Origin: Chthoniobacteraceae bacterium
GTDB lineage: Bacteria; Verrucomicrobiota; Verrucomicrobiia; Chthoniobacterales; Chthoniobacteraceae
Assembly: GCA_031409335.1 (NCBI GenBank)
Contig: JANNWY010000214.1
Coordinates: 32,001-96,000 of the forward strand
DNA: 64,000 nucleotides
Direction of reading: 5' to 3'
The notes below the pieces were generated by a model, which saw nothing but the letters and a program-made list of their open reading frames with translations, did not search any database and was not told the DNA's origin. Made by a program: the position numbers and the translations under genes. Below are positions 8,890 to 18,835 of the stretch, piece after piece; position 1 is the stretch's first letter, and every line of letters starts with the position of its first letter.

Positions 8890-10278
8890 CTAGATTTCAG
8901 CGAAGCCCGTCCACTGCACTGCCTGCTCGTCGGTGGTGAAACGGATGAAGCCGCGACCGCCGGGGCGACCATTGCCGGAATCGCGCAAGCCGCCGAACGG
9001 CAGGGTCGATGGGGAAAAAGTCGTGGGCAGATTTGCGTAGAGATTGCCGACCTCGATCATCTCGCCGAGCGCGCGAAACTTTGCCTCGGAGCGGGTGAAG
9101 ACGGACGCGGTGAGGCCGAATGGCGTCGCCTGGTGAATGCGCAGCGCGTGATCGAGATCGTCGGCGATGAAGAGGCTGACGATGGGGACGAAATTTTCCA
9201 CATCGCCGCGGCCATCGTCGCCGCGCCGGACCACGGCAGGTCTGGCGAAATGGCCGCGTTTCCCCGCGATCACCGGTTCGATTTTGCCGGGCTGGAGCCA
9301 GTCGCCCGGGATTTCCGCACACAGTTTCTCGTAGCGTGACACTGCGGCGGCGCTGATCAGCGGGCCGAGTTTCGTGGTTCGCAAAAGCGGATCGCCAGGC
9401 TGATACGCGGCGAGTGCTTCGAGAAATCTCTGCGTAAATTCGGCGGCGACGCTTTTCTCGACGATGACGCGGCTCGTCGCGTTGCAGCGCTGCCCCGCAG
9501 TGAGGCAGGCGCCTTCCGCGGCTGCTGCCGCCGCATGGTCCAGATCAGCGTCCGCGCAGACGATGAGCGCGTTCACGCCGCCGAGTTCGAGCGCGAGGTC
9601 TTTTGAAAAATCCTCCGCGAGCGCCTTTGCCAGCGAACGCCCCACTGCCGCCGAGCCGGTGAAGCAGACTGAACGCACGCGGGCATCCAGGCAGAGCGCT
9701 TCACCCTCCGCGCCGCCGCCTTGCAACACGCCAAACACGCCCGGCGGAAATGCGGCGGTCATGATCGCGCCATAGTCCGCCGCGACATTCGCGCCCAGCG
9801 GCGACGGTTTGCACACGACCGGATTTCCCGCGAGCAGATGCGCGACGTTTGCGCCGTGGCCGAGATGCAGCGGAAAATTAAACGGCGCAATGACCGCCGC
9901 CGGTCCGCGCGCGCGCCGTCGCACGCTGGCCGCGTGCGGTCCGCCACCATGGCTTTCCTCGGCAAGCCAGCGCTTCGCATCCTCGATCGTCAGATCGATT
10001 TTGGCGATGACCGCGCCGACTTCACCGATGGCTTCGCCGAGCGGTTTCCCAGTCTCGATCGTGATGCCGCGGGCGAGCCGGTCTTTCACCGCATCAAGAT
10101 CTTTTTGCACGGCTTTCATGCGCGCGATCTTTTCCACGAGGGGAGCCCGCCGCCATGCCGCGGCAGCGTGCGCGGCAGCCGCGACTGCGTCGTCCACACT
10201 TCCCGCGGACACTTCGTTGAGTTCGATCGAGAGGTCGCCAGGACTGCGATTGCGCCAGGAGCGCGGAGAAACGGGCAT
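8890..10278 (-). CDS. Aldehyde dehydrogenase family protein (AstD-like)
   Basis: IAPFNFP, KPS, FTGS, LELGG, GQRC, ENFVP and PFGG motifs. Start taken at ATG 10278. Confidence 0.92.
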   Translation of the reverse strand: MPVSPRSWRNRSPGDLSIELNEVSAGSVDDAVAAAAHAAAAWRRAPLVEKIARMKAVQKDLDAVKDRLARGITIETGKPLGEAIGEVGAVIAKIDLTIEDAKRWLAEESHGGGPHAASVRRRARGPAAVIAPFNFPLHLGHGANVAHLLAGNPVVCKPSPLGANVAADYGAIMTAAFPPGVFGVLQGGGAEGEALCLDARVRSVCFTGSAAVGRSLAKALAEDFSKDLALELGGVNALIVCADADLDHAAAAAAEGACLTAGQRCNATSRVIVEKSVAAEFTQRFLEALAAYQPGDPLLRTTKLGPLISAAAVSRYEKLCAEIPGDWLQPGKIEPVIAGKRGHFARPAVVRRGDDGRGDVENFVPIVSLFIADDLDHALRIHQATPFGLTASVFTRSEAKFRALGEMIEVGNLYANLPTTFSPSTLPFGGLRDSGNGRPGGRGFIRFTTDEQAVQWTGFAEI

Positions 10279-10443
10279 GAATGAAACATGACCGGCGGCG
10301 CACTCGGCGTCGATTGTTCTGTCGTGGCGCGAGCCAGGACGAACCACGCCACCGATTTGGCTAAAGCCGAAGCTACTTTCGCTGCGGCTCTTGATTGTGC
10401 TGACGAGCGGCGGCGGATAGTCAGAAGGCTCCCCACCCTTCTT

Positions 10444-11391
10444 ATGAAAATCCGCTCTACACTCCTCGTCGTCCTGGTGTCGCTTTCCCGCTCGTTCGCG
10501 GAGCCTTCTCCGGCGCTTGCCGGACACGATTTTTTTTACGCGGGCGAGAACAAGGTGCATGACATGTTTGTCGTGAAGAACGGCGAAATCGCCTGGCACT
10601 ATCACAATGCCGAGAGCCGCGGCGAAATCAGCGATGCCGTGCTGCTTTCCGATGGGAGCGTCCTGTTTGCGCATCAGTTCGGCATCACGCTCATCGACTC
10701 ATCGAAAATGGTTCTTTGGAAAATGGACGCTCCCGCGGGAACCGAAATCCACACCGCGCAACCGATCGGGAAAGAACGCATCGTCTATCTCCAAAATGGC
10801 GCGGAGCCGAAGTGCGTCGTCTTCAATATCGCGACGGGAAAAGCAGAGCGCGAGTTTCCGCTCGAAGTGGGCAATCCGAAGAACGTCCACGGCCACTTCC
10901 GCCATGCGCGGCTCACTGCCGCGGGGACGCTGCTCGTCGCGCACATGGACAGCGGCAAAGTCTCGGAATACGACGACCGCGGCAAGGAGCTGTGGACGAC
11001 GAAATTCCCCGGCCCGTGGGCAGCCTCGCGCCTCGCCGACGGCAACACGCTCATCACGGGCAGCAGGTTCATCCGCGAGGTGAATGCCAAAGGTGAAACC
11101 GTGTGGGAATGCACCCATGCCGATTTGGCCGGGCACGGAATCAAGAATTTCCAAATCGCGACGCGCCTGCCGAATGGCAACACGCTGCTGAATAACTGGG
11201 TGAACCCGTGGGAAGGCGCGATCGACTTTGCCACGGCCCCGGCGCAAGCGCTGGAAATCACGCCGGAGAAAAAAGTCGTGTGGACGCTCCGCTCATGGAC
11301 CGCCCCGGACAACCTCGGTCCCGCCACCACTATCCAGCTTCTCGACACGCCATCCACTCCCGAAGATGTGCATTTCGGCGAGTTCCGCTAA
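10444..11391 (+). CDS. Secreted beta-propeller protein (PQQ-like repeats), function unknown
   Basis: Signal peptide; repeated RLxxGNTL...ExxxxGxxVW blades. Confidence 0.75.
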   Translation: MKIRSTLLVVLVSLSRSFAEPSPALAGHDFFYAGENKVHDMFVVKNGEIAWHYHNAESRGEISDAVLLSDGSVLFAHQFGITLIDSSKMVLWKMDAPAGTEIHTAQPIGKERIVYLQNGAEPKCVVFNIATGKAEREFPLEVGNPKNVHGHFRHARLTAAGTLLVAHMDSGKVSEYDDRGKELWTTKFPGPWAASRLADGNTLITGSRFIREVNAKGETVWECTHADLAGHGIKNFQIATRLPNGNTLLNNWVNPWEGAIDFATAPAQALEITPEKKVVWTLRSWTAPDNLGPATTIQLLDTPSTPEDVHFGEFR

Positions 11392-11429
11392 CCCGCATTT
11401 CGAACACCCATCAGGAAAGGAGCCTCGCT

Positions 11430-14400
11430 TCAGGCACGACGCCGACGTCCGAGCAGCCCGAGCGCCCCGAGCGCGAGCAGGCCAAGCGCACCGGGCTCCG
11501 GCACCGCCGCGGCACCCGCCACAAAGTCCGCTGCCGCCGCGCCAAAGTTGGCCTCGGCAAACGCGGGCGCGGGGGGCGCGGCGTGCGGTGGCAATTCCAG
11601 TGTCACCACGACGCCATCGGCAATCGCCAGCGAACCAATGGTCTGGCTTGCGCCGAAGTTTAGCGTGGCATTCGCGATGACGGCCGCGGTTCCATTGGTA
11701 AAGGAGCCGTCGATGTTCGTCTTACCGCCGGTGGCCGTGAGGGCGCTGTAATTCTGCGGGCCACTCAGGGTCTGGATGCCGGTGCCGACCTTTTCGATCG
11801 CCAGCGTCCCCGCGCCGTTTTCGATGAGCCCATCAAAGTCGCCGCTGCCATTGCCATTGCCGACCGTCAGCTTGCTGGCTCCCGCAGTGTCGGTGGTAAT
11901 TCTTCGCGAGGTGTTTGGCGTGGCGTTCCCACCGGTGTTCGGCGCGCCGATCAGTGCGTTCACGGTCTGATTCACCCCGCTTAGAATGAAGGTGCCGACA
12001 TCGTTGTTCACGCCGCCCGCGCCGTTCACGACGGCTTGGCCGATTTGCAGATCGCGATTGATCGCAAGGGCGTTATTGGCGGTGATTTTTACGGTCGTCC
12101 CATTTTGCGTTATCACGTCGCCGATGTCGTTGTTGCTGACATTGAACACCACGGTGCCACCGGCATGGGCAGTGATTCCCCCGCCATTGTTGACGATGGC
12201 TGCGTTCACATTCACCGTCGCCCCCACGCTTGGGTCAAACGTGATGCCGCCGGTCCCGCCGATGCGCTGGATGAGACCGAGGTTCAGCACTCCATTGAAT
12301 GAACCGATGCGGAACCCAGGCGCGCCGGTCAGGATGATGGCTCCGCTGACCGTGTTGCTCCCGGTCTGCGAAGCGATGGCTTTCAGAAACGGTGCCGCGT
12401 CGCCTGTGCCGACGACCGTGAGATTTTCGGCAATCGTGATGCCTCCGCTGAGCAGCACTTGTCCGCCCGTGCTCGTGCTGCCGTCCGAATTGACCTCGGT
12501 GTGGCTGAACGCGCTGCCAAGGGCGGTGTTATTCGCGACCGTGAGGATGCCCGCAGTCACCGTAGTTACTCCGTCAAAGGTGTTCGCGCGATTGAGGGTT
12601 AGGTTGCCGGTGCCCGCTTTTGTCAGGGTGCCCGTGCCGCTGATGATGCCGGCATAGGTCTGATTGGCGGCGATGTTATAGTTGAGCGCCCCATTGTTCA
12701 CGATGCCGGAGCCAGTGATCGAGCCATCATTGAAAACCACGCCATCGCCGAGTTGCAAAGTGCCACTCGCGATGGTCGTCACTCCGGCATAGGTGTTCGC
12801 TTTGGTAAAGACCACGGTGCCGGTGCCGGCATGGGTCACGCTGCCGCTTCCGCCAATGGCACCGCCAAACTCGGTTCCCTGGGAGATGTCGTTCGAGTGG
12901 TTAAAGATCACGGTTCCATTGTTCGTGATGGTGCCGAAGGCGTGGAGCGTCCCAGTCACGCCACCGTCGCCAAGCTGCAGGGTTCCCGAGTTAATGACCG
13001 TCGCGCCGGTATAACTGTTCACCCCAGTCAAAATCGTCGTGCCAGCCCCAGCTTGGGAGAGGCTCACGATGCCGGAACCATTGTCGATGATGTCGGATTG
13101 AATGGTGAGCGCGTTGGCGGAATTCTGGGTAATGATCAGATTGGCATCCGCATTCGGCACCGGCCCGGCGGTCAGCGTGCCATCGCTCACTGCCGCGCCG
13201 ATAGTCAGTGCGCCCGCGCCGCTCTGGATGAGCAAGCCGCCGCTCCCGAGACTCAGGCTTCCACCAGCCGCGGGATCAATGGTAGCGCCGCCCGCGCTGG
13301 CCTCCATTTTCAAGGTATTGATCTGCGTATTCGTCGCACCCAGAGTTACATTGCCCACGGTTCCGCCGTTGATGATGCGGACGTTATTTGCAGCCACATT
13401 GGCTATGGCGCTGACGCCGAGCCGGGTGACATCCGTGTAGCCAGCATAGGCGGTGATGAGTCCGTTCGCAGCGTTGGTGGAATTCACCGCCCAGTCGCTG
13501 CCGCTGACCGTCGCCCACGATCCGAGGATGCCGGTGGCGTCGTTTAACGTGTCGGTGCTCGCGATGCCATTGGCGCTGAAATTCACGCTGCCGCCGGGGT
13601 TCGCGGTGATGGCTCCCATTTGCAAAACAGCCGTGCCTCCGCTTTGGGTGATGGTCGAGGCGCGATTGACCGTCGTCGCGGCGACGATCTCATTGTGGGT
13701 GCCGTCGGTGAGTTCCAAATTACCGCCGCCGAGGATGAGCGGGGCAGTGTCCGAAAGTTTGGTGCTATCGTTGATCGAGTAATCCAGCCGGAGCAGACCA
13801 CCCAGAATCTCGGTGCTCTCGCTGTAGCTGTTCGCTCCCCTCATTGCCACGGTGCCGCCGGTGGCCGTGCCCACGAGTTGATTCGCGTTCGCGTCCGCGA
13901 AGCCATCCAGATTGTTATCCAGGTTCGGGTGATTGCGGAACTGATTGATCGTGATCCGCGTCCGGCTGCCGGCCAGGGCTGCGCTGGGCGTCGCCGTGCC
14001 GAGAGTCTGCACGGTGCTGCCGCTGATGCTGCCGGCAAATTCCACAGTCCCGCCCGTGGCCGAGATCAGCGCGATGTTATGCACCGCCCCGATGACATTC
14101 GTGCCACCGGCTCCGGCTGCGGTTCCGCTCACCGGAACGACCACCGTTCCCGGTGCGATGTTGGCGCTGTAGGTCACGGTGCCGCTCGTGTTCCGTCCGC
14201 CGATTTGGTAGCCATTCAGCGTATTCACGGTGCCCGAGTTTCCGTAGAGCGGCTGATAGGTTGCGGGAGTGACCGTATTGATCGTGGCCGTGGCGATGTT
14301 CGAGTTCGTGCCGCCAGCGGGCGTGAGCGCGCGGTCAAAGCTGGTGCCGGGGTTTGCGAGAAAGAGGCTCCGGGTGGCACCCTCCACGTTCGTGTTGAAC

Positions 14401-15638
14401 ATGTTGCCACCATTGCCATCGGCGAACGAGACGGTCTGCGTCCCGATCGGGCTGGCGACGCCCACGGCACCCACACTACCTTCGATGACGAAGGTGCCAT
14501 TGGTCAGGTTTTGCACGTTCGTATAGGTCCGCGCGACATCCGAGAAGCGATAGGTGCCATTGGTGCGCCCATCTACATTTACCGCGCCGGGCGCTCCCGG
14601 ACCCCAATAGATGGTGCCCTGGGTTCCTGAGCCAGAATTGATCTGGCCGGTGAGATACATCGTCTGCCCCTGCCGTGCGGCGAAGAACTCCATGCGGCGG
14701 CCGTTCGAGCCCATCGTCACGTTGCCGCTTACGGTCAGCGTGTTGTTGTTCAGGCCGCCGGTCCCGTCTCCCGCCATAGAAAATCGCGCCCGCCCCGCGG
14801 TGTTATCGCCCACACCGGTCGAGAAGTCCAAGTTGCGCGCGAAGGTGTAGTTCGTCGTGTCATTGGCAGCTTGCAGACGGAGTTCGGCAGCTATGGTGTT
14901 CTGGAAGTTCAACGCGGCGCTGGAGGTAAGGCTGCTGGCGCTGGTCAGTTGCACGGCATTGGCCGAATTGCCGAGTGCGCCATTCGTGCTCACGAGCACA
15001 TCGCCGCGGTAGATCAGGCCGCCATTGGAGACCACGGTGTCGCCCGTATAGCTGTTGCCCAGGTTGGTAAGATCGAGGAACTGCGTGTCACCAGCCACGA
15101 CAGTCGGCAGGCCCGGTGCAATCATATTGATGCCACCCCCGCCCGAGACCGTGCCGGTGATGCGAATGCCATTGCCATTGGCCAGCCAGGGCAGGCGCAC
15201 GTTTAGCGAATCAGCCAGCGAGACACTGGCGTTGATGATATCAGTGACGTTGGGATTCACCGTCGCCGCGCGGATCAGCGTCGCCGGGCCGCTGTCGGTG
15301 GCATCAAAGGTGAGCGAGCCGCCCGTTCCCGCATTGAGCGTGACGGCGGAAAACGCCGTCGTCGTATCGCCGAGAACCAGCGAACCGACCGTGATCGCCT
15401 GATTCAGATTCACCGTCACCGCGCCCCCGAAATTGACGCCCAGCGTGGCTACGTCGGCCACGCCATTTGGAAACTGTGTCCCGGAAAGCCAGTTCGCCCC
15501 GACATTCCACGAGTAAGTGCCGGCAGTGAGCTGGTTCCAAGTATCGCTGGCTGCGCGAGCCGGGTGCTGGCTGAGCAGCGCGGCGATGCCGGAAGCGAGG
15601 ATGGCCAGAGTGGGACGGAGGGATGGGAGGGTTTTCAT
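11430..15638 (-). CDS. Autotransporter-associated beta-strand repeat protein with PEP-CTERM anchor
   Basis: Signal peptide, G/T/N-rich KxGxGxLxLxxxNxY/F repeats, and C-terminal VPEPG-hydrophobic-RRRR. Confidence 0.92.
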   Translation of the reverse strand: MKTLPSLRPTLAILASGIAALLSQHPARAASDTWNQLTAGTYSWNVGANWLSGTQFPNGVADVATLGVNFGGAVTVNLNQAITVGSLVLGDTTTAFSAVTLNAGTGGSLTFDATDSGPATLIRAATVNPNVTDIINASVSLADSLNVRLPWLANGNGIRITGTVSGGGGINMIAPGLPTVVAGDTQFLDLTNLGNSYTGDTVVSNGGLIYRGDVLVSTNGALGNSANAVQLTSASSLTSSAALNFQNTIAAELRLQAANDTTNYTFARNLDFSTGVGDNTAGRARFSMAGDGTGGLNNNTLTVSGNVTMGSNGRRMEFFAARQGQTMYLTGQINSGSGTQGTIYWGPGAPGAVNVDGRTNGTYRFSDVARTYTNVQNLTNGTFVIEGSVGAVGVASPIGTQTVSFADGNGGNMFNTNVEGATRSLFLANPGTSFDRALTPAGGTNSNIATATINTVTPATYQPLYGNSGTVNTLNGYQIGGRNTSGTVTYSANIAPGTVVVPVSGTAAGAGGTNVIGAVHNIALISATGGTVEFAGSISGSTVQTLGTATPSAALAGSRTRITINQFRNHPNLDNNLDGFADANANQLVGTATGGTVAMRGANSYSESTEILGGLLRLDYSINDSTKLSDTAPLILGGGNLELTDGTHNEIVAATTVNRASTITQSGGTAVLQMGAITANPGGSVNFSANGIASTDTLNDATGILGSWATVSGSDWAVNSTNAANGLITAYAGYTDVTRLGVSAIANVAANNVRIINGGTVGNVTLGATNTQINTLKMEASAGGATIDPAAGGSLSLGSGGLLIQSGAGALTIGAAVSDGTLTAGPVPNADANLIITQNSANALTIQSDIIDNGSGIVSLSQAGAGTTILTGVNSYTGATVINSGTLQLGDGGVTGTLHAFGTITNNGTVIFNHSNDISQGTEFGGAIGGSGSVTHAGTGTVVFTKANTYAGVTTIASGTLQLGDGVVFNDGSITGSGIVNNGALNYNIAANQTYAGIISGTGTLTKAGTGNLTLNRANTFDGVTTVTAGILTVANNTALGSAFSHTEVNSDGSTSTGGQVLLSGGITIAENLTVVGTGDAAPFLKAIASQTGSNTVSGAIILTGAPGFRIGSFNGVLNLGLIQRIGGTGGITFDPSVGATVNVNAAIVNNGGGITAHAGGTVVFNVSNNDIGDVITQNGTTVKITANNALAINRDLQIGQAVVNGAGGVNNDVGTFILSGVNQTVNALIGAPNTGGNATPNTSRRITTDTAGASKLTVGNGNGSGDFDGLIENGAGTLAIEKVGTGIQTLSGPQNYSALTATGGKTNIDGSFTNGTAAVIANATLNFGASQTIGSLAIADGVVVTLELPPHAAPPAPAFAEANFGAAAADFVAGAAAVPEPGALGLLALGALGLLGRRRRA

Positions 15639-15777
15639 ATTGGGCGGGTAACTTGAGGCTATTGTCGTGAAACCTGCGGCGCAAGCCTGCGACATGGCGC
15701 GTGAAATCCGCGGGGTCCCCGCGGGCGCGTTCAAATTTATGCACTCCTCGGAGGACGGGGTTCCTGCCGCGTCGATC

Positions 15778-15799
15778 GCCATTGGAAAGCCATTGGAAA
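15778..15799. promoter_or_regulatory. Perfect 11-bp direct repeat (gccattggaaa x2) in a divergent intergenic region, possible TF site
   Basis: Copies at 15778-15788 and 15789-15799, between the PEP-CTERM gene and msrA. Confidence 0.4.
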
Positions 15800-15883
15800 C
15801 TCTTGCAGGATTTCGCTGCCTGAGCTTGCGAATTGAACGCGCGGGAACAAACTGCGCTCTCACGCTTCCAATCATCAATCACT

Positions 15884-16525
15884 GTGAAACAATTCCTGCT
15901 CACCATCCTCATCACCACCGCGACCGCGCTCACGCCATTCGCACAAGCCGCCGACAAAGTGAACACCGACTCCAAACCAGCCGACTCCGCCACCGCTCTC
16001 GAACGTGTCACCTTTGGAGGCGGATGTTTTTGGTGTCTGGAGGCCGTGTTCCAGCGGCTGAATGGAGTGAAATCGGTCGCGTCAGGCTACGCGGGCGGAA
16101 AGGTGAAGAATCCGACTTACGAGCAAGTCTGCGATGGCGACACGGGCCATGCCGAGGTCGTGCAGATTGCGTTCGATCCGAAAGTGCTGACTTTTGAAAA
16201 GCTGATGGAAGTGTTCTTTGCGGCGCACGATCCCACGACGCTGAACCGGCAGGGCGGCGATCGGGGCACGCAATACCGCTCGATCATTCTCACCGAGAAC
16301 GACGCGCAGAAAACGGCAGCGGAGAAGGGGAAAGCCATTGCGAAGTCGGAATACAAGGATCCGATCGTGACGGAAATCGCGCCGCTCACGATTTTCTACA
16401 AGGCGGAGGCAAGTCATCAGAACTACTTCAACCAGAACGCGGGCAAGAATCCGTATTGCTCGGCGGTGATCCAGCCAAAGTTACAAAAGCTGCTCAGCAA
16501 AGGGCTGATTTCGCAGCCGAAGTAA
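15884..16525 (+). CDS. msrA: Peptide-methionine (S)-S-oxide reductase with signal peptide
   Basis: GGCFWC, GYAGG, GHAEVVQ, QYRS and HQNYF motifs; GTG start followed by a signal peptide. Confidence 0.95.
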   Translation: MKQFLLTILITTATALTPFAQAADKVNTDSKPADSATALERVTFGGGCFWCLEAVFQRLNGVKSVASGYAGGKVKNPTYEQVCDGDTGHAEVVQIAFDPKVLTFEKLMEVFFAAHDPTTLNRQGGDRGTQYRSIILTENDAQKTAAEKGKAIAKSEYKDPIVTEIAPLTIFYKAEASHQNYFNQNAGKNPYCSAVIQPKLQKLLSKGLISQPK

Positions 16526-16539
16526 CGGGCCGGGCGGCT

Positions 16540-17772
16540 TCACCCGACTTCCACGCCAGCCGCGATCGCCGGCAATACCGCGCGCAGGGATTCGTCGGTG
16601 CGGGCGTGAATTTGAAGGAGCGGTTCACCCTTCGCGATCGTCTCGCCCACTTTCCGAATCGCGCTCACGCCAACTGCGAAGTCGATCGCGTCCGCGGCTT
16701 TTGCGCGACCGGCGCCGAGCGCCACGCAAGCGCGACCGATCGTGCCAGCGTCCATGCGCGAAATCTTTCCGTCGCATGACGCTGGCAGTTCGTGAATCAC
16801 GGGCGCGCGATGAACCTGCGCGATGCGTTCGAGCGTCGAGGCATGGCCGTTTTGCGCTTCGACCATCGCGACGAATTTCTTCCACGCGGTGCCGTCGTTC
16901 AGCCATGCGGCGAGTTGGTCGCGGGAGACGGTTGAAACTTGCGCGGCGAGATCGAGCGTGAGTTCCACGAGATCGCGCGGGCCGCGTCCTTGCAGCGTTT
17001 CCACGGATTCGGCGACTTCGAGCGCGTTGCCAGCGGAGTGGCCGAGCGGCTCATCCATCGGCGTGAGCAGATGCGAAGTTTTCACGCCCATCTCGCAACC
17101 CACGGCAGTGAGCGCGGCGGCGAGTGACTCGGCTTCGGCGCGCGTTTTCATGAATGCGCCGCTGCCAAATTTCACATCGAGCACCAGCCGGTCGAGCGAC
17201 TCGGCGAGCTTCTTCGACATGATGCTCGCGACGATGAGCGGCTGCGAGGGCACGGTCGCGGTGACATCGCGCAGGGCGTAAAGCTTTTTGTCCGCAGGGC
17301 AAATGTCCGCGGTCTGGCCGATCATGGCGACGCCGATACGGTCGAGTTGATGGAGCGTTTGCGCTTCGCTGAGGGAGACGTTGAAGCCGGGAATACTCTC
17401 CAGTTTATCGAGCGTGCCGCCGGTGATGCCGAGGCCGCGCCCGGAGATCATCGGCACCCACAAATCATCGCACGCCAGCAGCGGCGCAAGGATCAGCGAA
17501 ACTTTGTCGCCGATGCCGCCGGTGCTGTGTTTATCGACCTTCGGCGGCGAACCGGCGGGATACTCCAGCACGCGCCCGCTGTGCATCATCGCGCGAGTGA
17601 GCGCGCCCGTTTCCGCCGCATTCATCCCGCGAAAAAACACCGCCATCGCGAACGCGCTCGCCTGGTAGTCGGGAATCTCGCCGCTCGTATAGCCGCGGAT
17701 GAATTCCTGAATCTCCGCCGCGGAAAGTTCGCCGCCGTCGCGTTTGCGTTCGATGAAAGTGGGGACGTGCAT
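16540..17772 (-). CDS. deoA: Thymidine/pyrimidine-nucleoside phosphorylase
   Basis: KVDKHSTGGIGDK, SGRGLG, GGTLDKLESIPG, SIMSKK and DVKFGSGAFM motifs. Confidence 0.93.
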   Translation of the reverse strand: MHVPTFIERKRDGGELSAAEIQEFIRGYTSGEIPDYQASAFAMAVFFRGMNAAETGALTRAMMHSGRVLEYPAGSPPKVDKHSTGGIGDKVSLILAPLLACDDLWVPMISGRGLGITGGTLDKLESIPGFNVSLSEAQTLHQLDRIGVAMIGQTADICPADKKLYALRDVTATVPSQPLIVASIMSKKLAESLDRLVLDVKFGSGAFMKTRAEAESLAAALTAVGCEMGVKTSHLLTPMDEPLGHSAGNALEVAESVETLQGRGPRDLVELTLDLAAQVSTVSRDQLAAWLNDGTAWKKFVAMVEAQNGHASTLERIAQVHRAPVIHELPASCDGKISRMDAGTIGRACVALGAGRAKAADAIDFAVGVSAIRKVGETIAKGEPLLQIHARTDESLRAVLPAIAAGVEVG

Positions 17773-17819
17773 ACGCGGGCAGGTTGGCGCGGTAAATCAG
17801 TTTGTCCCGCGCAAAAAGT

Positions 17820-17980
17820 TCCGGGTAGCACGCTCGTCCCGAGCGTTGGCGCAGGCGTCCCGCCGGCGCGGACTTTCGACACCGCCCCTTTTCCGAGAAC
17901 GCTTCCTGAGCTGAAAGCGCAGGGAAGTTCGTTTCGGCGGGACGCCAAAACCAACGCTCGGGACGAGCGTGCTACCCGGA
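17820..17980. repeat. GTAG-type REP doublet (REPIN-like)
   Basis: Perfect 30-bp inverted arms 17820-17849 and 17951-17980 (tccggGTAGcacgctcgtcccgagcgttgg), each with an internal hairpin. Confidence 0.9.
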
Positions 17981-18000
17981 GCCAGATTGCCGCCTTTTAA

Positions 18001-18664
18001 AACTCGTGCCCAAGCTCCAGCTTGGGCACGCCCTTGTCCCCGAAGCTCCGCTTCGCCGCCGCACGCTACCTCCACGGATCGCACCGCAGCATCGGCTGCG
18101 CGCCCGGCATCCACTCGTGCGCCGACGAGTAGCGCCAATGCTCCGGCGCACTGACCCAGCCGCGCTTCACCGGATTCTGGTGTAGATACGCCCGCTTTTG
18201 CTCCATCATCTCATCGTGCAGGATGCGCTGCGGATGCGATCCCTCCTGCCAGAGCTGATATTCGTTCGGTTTGTGCGCGGCCCGGAAATGCCGGAGCTGA
18301 TTGAGCAACCATTCGCGGCGTTCGACCTTGATCTGCTGGGCGAGTTGTTGGGCGGTGAAGCTCTTCAGATCGCGCAGGACGGCGGAGAGATCGGGCGCGG
18401 CGAGGATCGCGTGGAGATGATGGTCGAGGATGACCCATGCATGGATGGCCAGCCCTTTGTGCTCGCGGCCGTATTCCAGCGATCGCACCACGATGTCGCA
18501 GCACGCCGTGGAGGTGAAGACGGGCAGCCATTCGACCACGGTGGCGGTGACAAAGTATCCGCAGTCTGACTCGCGAGCATGGTAGCGGCTGCGCATCCAC
18601 CGAGCGTGGCGAAGCAGAGCTTCGGGGACAAGCGCGTTCCCAAGCTGGAGCTTGGGAACGAGTT
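18001..18664. mobile_element. RAYT locus bracketed by 57-bp inverted REP arms
   Basis: Arms 18001-18057 and 18608-18664 are reverse complements with 4 mismatches by my alignment, and they enclose the transposase. Confidence 0.88.
18066..18596 (-). CDS. REP-associated tyrosine transposase (RAYT, Y1 HUH family)
   Basis: YFVT, AWVILDHHLH (HUH), WQEG, YLHQNPVKRG and WRYSSA motifs. Confidence 0.9.
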   Translation of the reverse strand: MRSRYHARESDCGYFVTATVVEWLPVFTSTACCDIVVRSLEYGREHKGLAIHAWVILDHHLHAILAAPDLSAVLRDLKSFTAQQLAQQIKVERREWLLNQLRHFRAAHKPNEYQLWQEGSHPQRILHDEMMEQKRAYLHQNPVKRGWVSAPEHWRYSSAHEWMPGAQPMLRCDPWR

Positions 18665-18835
18665 GACGAGTTGAATGCAACCCAGCACCCGCCGGATGCG
18701 ACCCTCCGCCCGACGGGTTTCCCGCTTGCCACCGACGAATAAACGTGCTCGGCTCACCGCATATGCTGCCGCAGTCCCCTGCCGAACCCAACTCGCGAGT
18801 TGCGCGGCTTAACGAGATGTTAAAGTCTTTGACCC

